A stretch of DNA of 64,000 nucleotides from Epiperipatus broadwayi (lineage: Eukaryota; Animalia; Onychophora): NCBI GenBank assembly GCA_028023455.1, contig JAQFVV010000006.1, forward strand, positions 7,688,001 through 7,752,000. Reading direction: 5' to 3'. The notes under the pieces were generated by a model that did not search any database, had not been told where the DNA came from, and worked only from the letters and a program-made list of their open reading frames with translations. Of the stretch, positions 37,147-49,541 are shown piece by piece. A program made the translations under genes and the position numbers. The stretch's first letter is position 1. Each line of letters opens with the position of its first letter.

Positions 37147-40010
37147 CCGCAATAATCGTTATATCTGCGTATTCAAATGCCGGATTGAGAACAATATTTA
37201 AATTTAAATATACAAACACATATGATTCTATTCTGTTAATAATTGATTTTATTATCCTTGCATTGTTTAATGTAGTGGTCAAGAGGTTGGATTCAAAAGA
37301 TCAGGACCTATGATAAGGTGAGAACTTTTACTTCTTAAGCTTCCACACTTCTACTATACAAAAACACACAGGATATAAAAAAATTAAAATATATAACGTG
37401 CGATGTAATGATTTCAATTGACTTTTAGCGCCTACAGTGTAGTGTTGAACACTTAAGAATTTAAGGTCTATGTTTTCCGTCACTTCCGGTATTCGGATTT
37501 CATACAATTCCCGAATAATAACCATTCGATTATCTATTTACTTGTTGTGATTTCTATTTTTCCTTTTTAAACACATAAAAGCTTTTCTGCTTCCCTCTGC
37601 TTTATTTAGAATATTTACAAATGTATGTTATTAATATAAATACTTTAAATCAAAAAAAAATAAAAATCAATTTTTCAATAAATATTATTTGCCTTAAATT
37701 ATACATAAAAAGGTAACGTTGTCTTGCTTGTCTTGTATTGTATCGATTATTGACAAAATAAATTAAAGCCTATACATTTCCAAATAATAATAATCAAAGC
37801 CGCTCCTACAATCGCACTAAGAGATGCACAAACATATTTTCCACTATCAAATCAATATTTGCTAACATTAAAATGTGCCAGACTAGATAAATATTTCCTA
37901 CTAAAAGATATTTAAAATTCCACACTACGGTCTGGCAATCAGATGACGAGAAATGACGCAATCTGCTTCTGATACGATCGTAGAGCCACTCCAGTCAGGC
38001 ACCAATCAACTCGAGTCCCCCCACTCACATCGGGAAAAATCAACAATGAACATTATCTAGATGGCGTTGGAGTTATTTATTAAAGATCAGTGAATGAGGT
38101 GGATGAAAAAAAGGAATGCTAATTTAATATCTATTCGTCAATGTCAACGTCCCTATCATTAACTAGTTCTCTGCTGCACAGAAATCATTCAAGTAATCGA
38201 CCGACATAAATCATTCATGATAAAGCTTGTTAGATTTTCATAATTTTTACTTTGTAATCCCTTCAGAAAAAAGATCTTCAATCATACATATATATAAAGT
38301 TGTTATGATCCAAAATATTGAAAAACGAAAAAGAAAGAAAGAGAAGGCTCCACTACATGTATATTAAAAAATTAAAAAAATCATATTAATTAGATAACGT
38401 TATAATACTTAAATAAAAACATTAAGGATTAAAAAAAAAAAAACTAATTGCAAATAAATAAAAAATGAACAAAAGTAACTAAACATAGATCCATCTTCTG
38501 ATGCCAGAAAAATTAATTCATTGCAAAACTATCATCTTTTAAGGGATAAGGCCATACTCTGTTATATCTGATTGTACCTATTTAATGCTTATTGCCCCCC
38601 CCCCCCCCATTTTTTTTTTTCAATCTGTCTCTTTATATATATAGGTAAAAATACAAATTGACATATATATATATAGGTAAAAACATTCTTCAAATTGACG
38701 CTGCGGGTAATGGCTTCTTAGCTAATTCATCAGGGGATCAGAGAAAGCATTATTTTTCAGACTTGTAGAGTTTGAATGGTAATACATTTTCGTTTTCCTC
38801 TACAGCTAAGGGTAACTAAATATCCATGTACTGACCAATGTTGGGGAAATTATCTAGGTTGGTTATAAACAAGCTACTGAAAAAAAATCGAAACTGATTA
38901 GAACTTAATTATGGATTTGAACCCATAGTAACCACAGCAAAAAGATGTATTATTGCTGCTCTATGAAACCTGTTATCTCTTTATAAGTATATGTGAATGA
39001 AAAATTGCTTAGAAGAAGTTTCTCTTTTGCAATTAATTCAATAATAGACTCAATATATTGAGAATTTATTGCTTTGGTAGTGCATCAAGGCTTTTAATAT
39101 CGGTTTCGTATTACTCTTAGATAATCACCCACTGAAACCGTTCCCAAACAAGTATGAACTTATTAACTACAAAAATAGAAAAAAGACAGCTAAGAAAATA
39201 ATAATGATTCACCAGGAATGAGTTTTATAATAACTGTACAAACCACTTGACTAAACATAAATACATCCACATGTACTAGATATTGGTCCAGTATAGTTTC
39301 ATTGATATTTTATAATGCTATCTTTTAACTTCTGTGGTAAAGTTGCTGTTTTGTTTTTGTTTTTTTGAAAACATTTAACACCTTAATGTATAGCTTCCAA
39401 TGCAATCTATCTTTAATTTTACATTCTGAATAAAAGTGGTTAATATTTCACCTGTAAAAATAACTTTTATATAATAATTTTTCAGAAGATCTTGGGATGA
39501 GATAAATTTTAAGTAATGAAATTATATCTTGAGTTAGTAATAAGTCTGATCTACTTTAAATGTTTGTTATATAATTTCTGTGAAACAACTTCTCTTCTGA
39601 TATCTCATGGAGGAATATGTAAAAAAAAAAAAACCATGAAGCTACTATGACAAGACTTGAGTGTCCTGTGCATTCAGAAATATAGTATGGGCATTTTTTC
39701 TCCAAACAGGGGCATAGTATTCACTAGAAGAAAATATGTTAATGCTAAGGAAGCTGTGTATAAAATATAAGCATTACATCTCTAAATAAAGCTAGCCATC
39801 TTCACACCATTATTCCTAAAAGATAATTTAAAACTAACTTGCAGTTCAATGTTATTTTTTTGAGTATCACAGGATAGTTTGTGTCTTAATTTAATGTTTC
39901 AAAAGATCATATTAAGATTGTGTTTTTATTATTGTTTAGGTGAAAAGCTGTGTATGGAGCAAGACTCCAAACTTTGTAAAAGAATTCCAAACTTTTCATA
40001 CTCTTGCTAA

Positions 40011-41287
40011 ACATTTATTTTTAGCGCTGTTTCTAATTGTAATAAATTTAATCAGCCATTTAAGCTATTGTGCACTTTTTTACGAGTGTTAAATAATAAT
40101 AAGTGAGTACTTCCACTTCCAACACAAGATATAGTATTTAGGAAAAAATAAAATAAATCCACTTATTCAATCCAACCCAAATGCTTATATATGGGCAAAT
40201 CTTAAGTACTGTAAATGAAAGTCTAAGGATGGACTACTCACTTTAAACCACTGTTTACGATATCTGAATGAATGACGTCGATGAAATTATCTAGAATTTA
40301 CTAGACGTCACTCACAAATGAAACTTTTAAACATATGTAAATAAACATTTATTTTTAGTGCTGTTTCTAATTGTAATAAATTTAATCAGCCATTTAAGCT
40401 ATTGTGCGCTTTTTTACGGGTTTAAATAAAAAATGAGTACTTCCACTTTCAACCCAAGATATAGTATTTAGGAAAGAATAAAATGAGTCCACTTATTCAA
40501 TCCAACCCAAATGCTTATATATGGGCAAATCTTAAGTACTGTAAGTGAAAGTGTGAGGATGGACTACTTACTTTAAACCACTGTTTACGATATCTGAATG
40601 AATGATGTTGACGAAATTATCTAGAATGTACTAGACATCACTCACAAATGAAACTTTTAAACATAAGTGGATTCATTTTATTCTTTCCTAAATACTATAT
40701 CTTGGGTTGGAAGTGGAAGTACTCATTTAGTATTTAACACTCGTAAAAAAGCGCACAATAGCTTAAATGGCTGATTAAATTTATTACAATTAGAAACATC
40801 GCTAAAAATAAATGTTTATTTACATATGTTTAAAAGTTTCATTTGTGAGTGACGTCTAGTAAATTCTAGATAATTTCATCGACATCATTCATTCAGATAT
40901 CGTAAACAGTGTTTAAAGTACTCATTTATTATTTAACACTCGCAAAAAAGCGCACAATAGCTTAAATGGCTGATTAAATTTATTACAATTAGAAACAGCG
41001 CTAAAAATAAATGTTTATTTACATATGTTTAAAAGTTTCATTTGTGAGTGACGTCTAGTAAATTCTAGATAATTTCATCGACGTCATTCATTCAGATATC
41101 GTAAACAGTGGTTTAAAGTGAGTAGTCCATCTTCACACTTTCACTTACACTACTTAAGATTTGCCCATATATAAGCATTTGGGTTGGATTGAATAAGTGG
41201 ATTCATTTTATTCTTTCCTAAATACTATATCTTGTGTTGGAAGTGGAAGTGCTCATTTATTATTTAACACTCATAAAAAAGTGCACA
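40011..41287. mobile_element. 334-bp-unit tandem plus inverted tandem insertion with 13-bp TSD
   Basis: Two direct units (starting 40009 and 40343), then about two inverted units 40663-41287; TSD ATACTCTTGCTAA at 39998-40010 and 41288-41300. Confidence 0.88.
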
Positions 41288-44200
41288 ATACTCTTGCTAA
41301 GAAATTTCTGTTTTGGAAAAGATTTATTTTATGATGTGAATACAATGTCACAAATTAGATGGATTTCCAGTATTCTGTTATATTGTTTCGTTTCATATGG
41401 ACACAATGTTAAAATCAGCATTTGCAAAACATGAGAAACCCTATTTTCTGTATCTATTTTCTAGACTCATTATGTAATTTCAATGTGCTTATTAAATAAA
41501 CAATTGAATGGTTTTACTGTTTAAGAGTTCAAAAGAAATTGAGTACCAGAAAGGCCAGCACTGGAAGTGACCTGAGGATATCACACTCTAGAGTATGATA
41601 TTCTACCATTGTATGTAATTTCCAGAATTCAGGTCTCATTTTTTGATAATATGCATTTTTTACTTATTCAGTAAGTCACTAAGCTTCTTATTTATTCCAA
41701 TAGTTATTAATATTTCTTCTCTATTGCCAACCATAAACGAACTATAGCTTACTTGACAAATAATTTTAAAACATTATTTTAAATTGTAATATATTTAAAA
41801 AGAAATTTAAAAAAAATAATAAGGTGGGAAGCTCAGGAGCAAAAGACGACTGGATCTATCCACACCCTCCCAAGAAAAGTAAAAAAAAAAAGTTCGATCA
41901 ATTTAAATGAAGGTTGAACCCGTTATTTGGAAGAACAACTGTAAAATGGTGAATTCAAGAGCAAGAAGTCCCTGGATGATTCATAGATATACTATAACAT
42001 TAGTGCTCTAACATCAAATAATCCACTGATTAACAAACTATATTATTATTTTAAAGAGCACTATTTTCCTTTTGGTAAAATTGAAGGATTTAATACAGGC
42101 ACTACTGAACAAATGTTGGCTGGAATCTGTACAAATTCCTTTATGATATTGTAATAATGTTTAAACTGGCTAAAAACAATCTCCATGCTAAATAAATAAA
42201 TATCTATTAAAAATAGTGAAACAGAAGATTAAAGCATCCTCTACTAAGCTCAGTAGAAAACTTCCCAAATTGTCAACTAAGACAATATAAAACTTTGAAA
42301 TAACCTTACCATGCCTCTAAATGTAAATAACCACAAATCCAAATTAGATATTCTTATTTTATACAAAATACATATTACAGTAGCTGTCTAAATTCTAGAC
42401 ATTTCATTCCAAACTATTGTATGAACACCAAAATTCATGATAGTGAACATATTGAAATATGCATTGAAAAACACATACATACCCAAGTGTGTAAACATAG
42501 TACGTATACAATGTGAACTAAAAATAAGTAGACAATTAAAACCTTTTTTATTTTCTGTGAATATCTTTTTCTTTTGTATTTAACTCTTCCCCATTTCAAC
42601 CTTTTTTGCATCTCCCCTAGTGATGGTTTGATTTATAGTTCAATACTTCATTTTAATATTAAAATCTTTATTCTGTATTATGAATCAATACATTGTACTT
42701 GGCTTAGTAAAAATAATAATTTACAAATATAAAAAAAAACCATCCTTAAAAATCATAATTGAACTTTGCAAATGAAGAAAAATAATAATAATTCTGTAAA
42801 ATCCATAATGAGAAAAAATAACTTTTTCTTATTGGATGATTACAATAACACCGAAAAAAAAAACAAATGAATAAATTAATTAACAAAATCTTGGTTAATT
42901 GAGCTTCATTTCTAAAATTCAAGCAAATTATTCTTAAGTCATCATAAAGCTACAAAATTTCTCTTCTAAAATTTAAAATTACATTTATAGTTATTAAAAT
43001 ATCATATCAGTTCCGTACTATGATATTTAGCAAATTATCATTGATTATTTCATTTCACTGTTATTCTAAATTTCTTAATTTATATTGTAAATACATAAAT
43101 GATATCATATTGATTGAATTTCATATCTAAATCCAAAATGAATTATTTGTAAAATCAACATAAAGCTACAAAATTCTGTTCCAAAAGTTAAATTTGCATT
43201 TATAATTTTTAAAATATCACAAAAGTTCTGTAGTATGGTATTTGATAGAGTATTATTTTTACCATTACTATGAAAGTCTTAATTTGTATTTTTAAAAATA
43301 AAACATACTCAAAAAAAATCTAAACGTAATCATGAAAATATTTATTTTTTAAAATTACTGTGCAAATGTTTTGTAAAAATAATTATAAATATTTAAATAA
43401 ACTATAAAAAATTACATTATTTTTCTCACTGTTAACACCAATAGGGGAATTTACAAGTAGTCATGCACTGCTCTCTTAAAGTATCTACCAATCGGTGGCA
43501 TTGCCCATTTTTGTATTTTTGTCTTTGTAGAATGCTGACATCTTCAGATTTTTTGAAACTAATAAATATTTGCTTTAGTTCCAACTTTCTATAATCAAAT
43601 AAACATATAACTGGAAAAATAGCATTATAGATAGCCACAAGAATGAAAAAACTGCAAGCAATATTTAAATATTCAAATATATCACACAAATTGAAAATAA
43701 AAAAATAACATTTTTTAGAATTGCTGATAATTAAAGTCATAGATATAGAGATCAAGAATATGGAGGTTTATTGTATACAGTTTTTTAGATAGATATATAT
43801 TGAACTGGGTCAAAGAAAATTGCTATGATATCTATATTTAGAAATCTCGATCTTATCTCCAGTTGCACTTTCACTATTGCAGCAGACCAGCCCTTCAAGC
43901 AGAGGAGTATAATACCACAGATAGATGAAACACCAATGGTACCTATAACCAGACCGATGGTATACAAAATATAATCTATGGTTACAATTCCAGGCTATAG
44001 AAATCCTTGATTGCTAAATTCAAACGCCTGCCATCTAAAGCATTTTTATTTGTTTTGAGGTAAGCCCTCAGACACCAGCTAATCATAAGTTATATAAACA
44101 ACATACACAGATGACAGGTATACAATCTAATGCTTGATATATCCCAAGATAGCTCATTTTCTCAATTGTGAAAAAGAAAAAGCTTTAATACATTTATAAT

Positions 44201-45346
44201 TAACTGTAACTAAATCTATTCATAAAGTAGTTTTAAGAGAGAGAACCAATCAGACAATAATTAAGCAAACAAATAATTTATTCACACATATTCATAGTTA
44301 AACATATAACAAGATTTAAATATAAGCACACACACACACATTTAAAATACAACATACTAACTTATGGAATCAATATTAAAATTTTATATATAATTGTAAT
44401 TAAAACACATCATAATGAATTACTAATAACGTGGCAAAATTTGAGGGAAGAGACATTAAAGATTACTACAGCTGTATTATCAAAGTTCATTAAAGTTTTT
44501 CATTCAAATAAATGTTCAAATCTTTAGATTGGGATAATGAAGAATATATTTACCTAGAATTTTTGTGGATGACACATTGCACTTTTCATGGACCCAATTC
44601 ATTGCTTTCTCCTGCTTTGTTGATCACCAGCTGGTTGGCCTTTCCTTTTGCACCAATGGTTTGGCTTCTTGCTGATTTTCCATATTTCAATGAAGGAGAG
44701 AGATTTTCCATAGTTTTCAGATCATGAGAGAACATGACTTCTAGATGGAAAGTATCTGATGTTATGAACGACTGAGATTGAAGGCTAGTTGCATACTTCG
44801 GTTGCTGTCTAAACCTGCATACTGCTAACACTGTTGGATTTTTCCTGTCTTCTCTTCTTTAAAAGCTTTTTATAATACAATAATGCTGAATAATAATGAA
44901 AATAGTAATGTAATATAATAATAATAATAATGGAATGAATCTGTCTTTTTATATGCTTCTCCCTTATTTTTTCCTAGTTATCATTCTCTGATCTGGCTTA
45001 ATTAATTGATATTTCCTTAATTAATTTTCCATTGTTTTAATATGGATTCTTGCTTAGATCAATCTAATGTTTTGATGAGATAATGTCCATAGTCGTTTCC
45101 TTTGTTTCTTTAATTAATGCAATGGGAGTTATTATTTCTTTTCTTTATCAGCCAAGCAATCTTTAAATGACTCACAAATTTGACAATTTTCTTATTACAT
45201 ATTACTTTTTAGTTCAATTATCATTTTTACATTTCTTTTTTTTTTTTTTACTTAAATTTATAAAAAGAGAGCTAATTTTAACTTTTTACTTAGAGTTAAT
45301 CCCCCCCCTCTTACTTGCTCTTTATTACTAAACTTTCTTTTATTTT

Positions 45347-45457
45347 GTCAAGCATTGGTGGTCGAGAGGTCAGTGACAGCTGCTTTACAAGCAGTTGTCC
45401 CGGGTTAGTGGGTTCACTTCCCAGCTGATGCTATGACACATGAGAAAAAGAAAAAAA
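45347..45457 (+). mobile_element. tRNA-Gly-derived SINE S1
   Basis: TGTCAAGCATTGGTGGTCGAGAGGTCAGTGACAGC...GGGTTCACTTCCCAGCTGATGCTATGACACATGAG + A-tail. Confidence 0.8.
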
Positions 45458-45829
45458 CACCACAATGATGCAATACTTTATTTTTGCAAGTTTGCATTTA
45501 AAACATAATATATTTCACTTTTATTAAGACTTAATTATTTCTTTTTAAATTTAATTTGATCATTTAATAATAAATCACATATTTGTTAGTGATACAATAT
45601 ATTTATAATAAACAAACATGCATATAATAATCATGCTTTGGTTAGCCATTATATAATGGCTACTATTTTATTTCACAGTATGATTAATCTTCAGTATTAT
45701 GACTAAACTAAGTTCCAGTTCTTTAATATAGCAGAGTGTTATAATAACTACATGACAGGAAGAACCCAAAAATAACCAGAATTTTGTAGTAAAAAAATGT
45801 ATTCTATTTTTAGGGGTTACAAATTGAAT

Positions 45830-46450
45830 CCCATCACAGTACAACCCATTTAATGCAATGCACTAGTCTCGATGTGTTTTTCCCTTTTCAAATAGTCTGG
45901 AAGCTCTTGCGAAGTGATGCATTTTAATGCCTGCATCATTTTTTTGTCTTCATAACTTCTAAGTCCACAACAAAAAGTTTTGGAGGTATTTTTTTTATTC
46001 AAAAAATAAAAATAAGCCACATAGAACAAGATTGGACAAATGTGGCCGATGGATAAGATGGGTCATGCTGATTTTAATTAAAAATTGTTTCACGATCAAG
46101 GCTTCGTGCACTGATGCATTATTATTGTAAAGCTTGCACTCTCCAATAAACTAAAAATCAGGATGTTTCATTTTACCACATCTTGCAAACTTTTCGGAAC
46201 TTGTAGGTTTTAAATGCCTGGTTGTTGCAAGCAGATTCTGACTGAAAAATGCCATTTGCATCCAAAAAAAAAAAACCCTAGCTTCGTCTTGACATCGGAG
46301 CTACGCTTTTTTAGGACATGATTTGACATTTCAATTAAACCACTTGTAAACTTATGCTTTCCCAGAGCAGTTTGCCTGTAATCTAATTCAAGCATCATAT
46401 CTGTTTTCCCTGCCATTTTTCCTAACAGAAAACAGAATTTCACATTGTTC
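45830..46450 (-). pseudogene. Mariner-type transposase relic (catalytic domain)
   Basis: VKTKLGFF(L)DANGIFQSE (KVKTMLIVFFD.RGIVH.E), YNNNASVHEALIVKQFL (HHDNAPAH.A..V..FL), HRPHLSNLVLCGLF (HPPYSPDLAPCDF.LF), with frameshifts. Confidence 0.65.
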
Positions 46451-47519
46451 CAACTTTTCAGCTATTATAAAAATTGACAAGCAGCACTTAAGAATATTTA
46501 CTATGCCATAACATAACTTTTCTTGATAATGACAGCTGGCACACTGATACAGAGGGGGCTGTCCTCTCAAGAATCATCTAGTGGCAGAAGAATGTGCTAC
46601 AACGCGCTTGCTTTCCAGAGAATGATTCCAGTTATTTTTGTGTACCTCCTCATATATATAAACGGAAGTTCTGCAATTCAAATATTCTACTAACAGCTTT
46701 AATACATAACAATTTTATCATAACCATGAAGATCTTTCATGCTAGTAGTAGGATCACAATTTATGTTTGTGCTGCTTATTTAATAAGGATTCTTCATTTA
46801 ATTTCTTTAATCAGTAGATTGATGGGCTTTTCCATTTATATTAAAGCTCAACATACAAAATTTAAAAAAATGTTTGTAGCCAGCAATATTTTGCATTATC
46901 AAATCTTAAAACTGTATGAATAAAAAAACATTACATTAATTCCTACCCTTTCAGTGCTTTCCAAAATCACATCTAAATAGATGATTTTTGTCTTTCACTT
47001 AAGCCTTTTATATATTAACTTAAATATATTTTTGTCTTTCAATAGAAAATTTGAAATTCGACTTAAGTTGAATATCTGTCAAAATTTATTTTATATACTT
47101 TATATAAATTAACAGAATATATAATAACAGAATTCCGTGTATTTGTCTGGATTATTATTACATGGTTAATTTTTGCAAAAATAATAATAGTAATAATAAT
47201 TATCTTTATTTATTATTAATTGTGATATCCATGAAAAAAATTATATGCAGAATTGTGGTCAAAAATTACAATAGAATGTGGAAGTGCGGCGGGGGTGGAA
47301 ATAGAGCACATAAATGAGAAAACACTAGTTCACTTAATTAGGTAAGACTATTTATTATACTAGTAAAAAAATAAAAAAGTAAACTTTTAAGTTATTTATG
47401 CTATAAATTTAACGCAATTTCAATCATTACATTCTATTCCTAAAAATACACACTAAAAATACACACACACACACCCTTTTTTTAAAAACAAACAAACAAA
47501 CAAACAAACAAAACAACTG

Positions 47520-47685
47520 TGATTATTTATCTTTTCAACGAGTGTGTGATCAAGTGTATCAGTGGTATGAGATAGCATGGACGGTTGAGGGTCGTGTGAA
47601 AGTCTGAGTTCAAACCCTCTATATATTACATATATAAGTGCAGGTATAAAAGCACGTACTGTAGAAAAAAAAAATCATATTTAAT
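47520..47685 (+). mobile_element. Family C 3' fragment
   Basis: GGTATGAGATAGCATGGACGGTTGAGGGTCGTGTGAAAGTCTGAGTTCAAACC...GTACTGTAGAAAAAA closely matches 2282-2390. Confidence 0.8.
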
Positions 47686-48149
47686 ACAGTATATAAAATC
47701 ATTGACTTGCTTTTTTTTTTAAAGTTCACAAATAAAACAAACTAAATCTAAAATAACATAATGCAAATAATAAATCAAACCTTAAATTACCTCGAACACC
47801 AGTTTAAGAATAAAAGTGGTTTTCTTTTAAAAAAAGAGAGCTTAAAAGTTAAAGTGTAGAATTACAGACGCACAAATTTTGGCAATAATTTAGCCAGTGA
47901 CATGGGAATTTACATCTGCAGCTTTCTGATATAAGAAATTCGGCTTAGATACTTAAGAAAACTCATTTTAAAATACAAATGCGTTATTTATTATTATTTA
48001 AATGTTGTTAATTAGTCATAAAATTAAACTTGATTGGAGTGCTTTTGATAGAAATAACTTAATATTAAGCTGAATGGCGAGAGGGTTTTAAAAGAAAATA
48101 TGCCTTTATGTGTTTGAAAAAGGTTTTTAATAATGTTTTACCAGTTCTT

Positions 48150-48575
48150 ACTTATGGACCTGATGAGACTTAGACACTTAATAGAAAAGCAATATACGGG
48201 GATTTCAGATCGCTCAAAGAAGTATGGGGCAGTGCATGTTAGGAATAACAAGAAGAGATCGAAAACGGAAAAAATGGGTAAAAGAACAAATAAGGTATTA
48301 CTGACATCCTTGAAAGAATTAAAAGGCTGGAGTAGAGTTGGGTTGGACATATTGCTAGAAGAAATGATAATAGATGGACAATTGAAATCTTAAACTGGAT
48401 TCCAAAAGATTGTAAAAGATGCAGAAAGAGACCGCTTGTGAGATGGGTGGATGAAATAAGAAAGTATGCATGGGTGATGTGGAGAAGAGAAGCTAGAGTT
48501 CAGAGAAGATGGAATGAACTTGGAGATACCCCCATCCTGCAGTGGAGTGATAATGTTTGATGATAATGTTATTAT
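48150..48575 (+). mobile_element. RTE-clade LINE 3' end, same family as 11625-11897
   Basis: GATAATAGATGGACAATTGAAATCTTAAACTGGAT shared verbatim; ends CAGTGGAGTGATAATGTTTGATGATAATG. Confidence 0.85.
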
Positions 48576-49126
48576 CATTTTTGAGAGACAAAAATAAATC
48601 AATTTTTATGCAACTCAGTAAAGAATCCATTAGACATTTCAACAGGTTTTATTCTGCCAGTGTTGTCACAGATTCGGCAGTCATTAACTACATGGTATGT
48701 GTTTTGGCTTTGTCCACATCTACATAGATTAGTGATACTATTCTGAGAGAAATAAATCCACCGATCATGAATTATCCTAAAACTATTGAGGAGATACCAG
48801 TTACCTTTTATTGTTGGATGTTGAAAAAAAAATTGTTTGGAATCTCATAAGAATTCTATTTTTTGCTACAACTATTTGATTGTAGATTCTTATTTGAATA
48901 TCCAAAAAGTGGTCAAACAAATATCATTGCATAATTAAAATAATAAAAAAATGGTGATGATAACAAAATTATGCTTAATAGAAAGATTGAGTAACAAAAT
49001 ATATACATTAATCATAATATTGCTTGAACTACATTTCTGCAATGTCATTACATCCATGGAAATTAAAAGATGATAAATGGATTTATAATAAAAGAAGATG
49101 AAGATAATTTTAAAACTAAAATGAAG

Positions 49127-49541
49127 CTATAAACAATGAGCATTGCCAATTGCTCAACAAGCTTTGTAGTAAATGCTTAGCCAGAGAAAGCATTTAAAAT
49201 ATCCCTATCATGAACCCCCCTCCCAAACCACTGACGATGGTTTCGTGCTTTGGCATTCCTCAGAGAGGCACTAGGATAGCTTCAGACACTAGATCTAAAA
49301 ATAAATGCTGTTTTTGGGTTGGTATTTTTAGATCTAGTGTCTGATGCAACCCTAGCGCCTCTAAGGAGTGCCAAAGCACAAAACCATGGTCAGAGGTTTG
49401 GGGAGGTTCCTGACAGAGATGTTTTAAATGCTATCTCTGGCTAAGCATTTATCACAAATCTTGTTGAGCAATTGTCAATGCTCATTGTTTATATCTTACA
49501 CGCTTAAGAGAATTGGGTCATGTGATCTATGACTCTTATTT
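49127..49541. mobile_element. Family E fold-back with two damaged hammerheads and probable 10-13 bp TSD
   Basis: Arms 49128-49303 and 49323-49493, tail to 49541, TAAAATGAAG at 49117-49126 and 49542-49551; HHR motifs at 49228-49268 (-) and 49358-49396 (+). Confidence 0.82.

Noticed and set aside
42936-43250. Diverged ~215-bp direct repeat
   Set aside because: AT-rich local duplication with no structure or coding signal.
44512-44860. Host exon(s) in a higher-GC patch (ORFs on both strands)
   Set aside because: No recognizable protein similarity, and every frame hits a stop before a consistent splice pair.
46210-46443. 77-aa ORF as a host exon
   Set aside because: Better explained as part of the mariner transposase relic.
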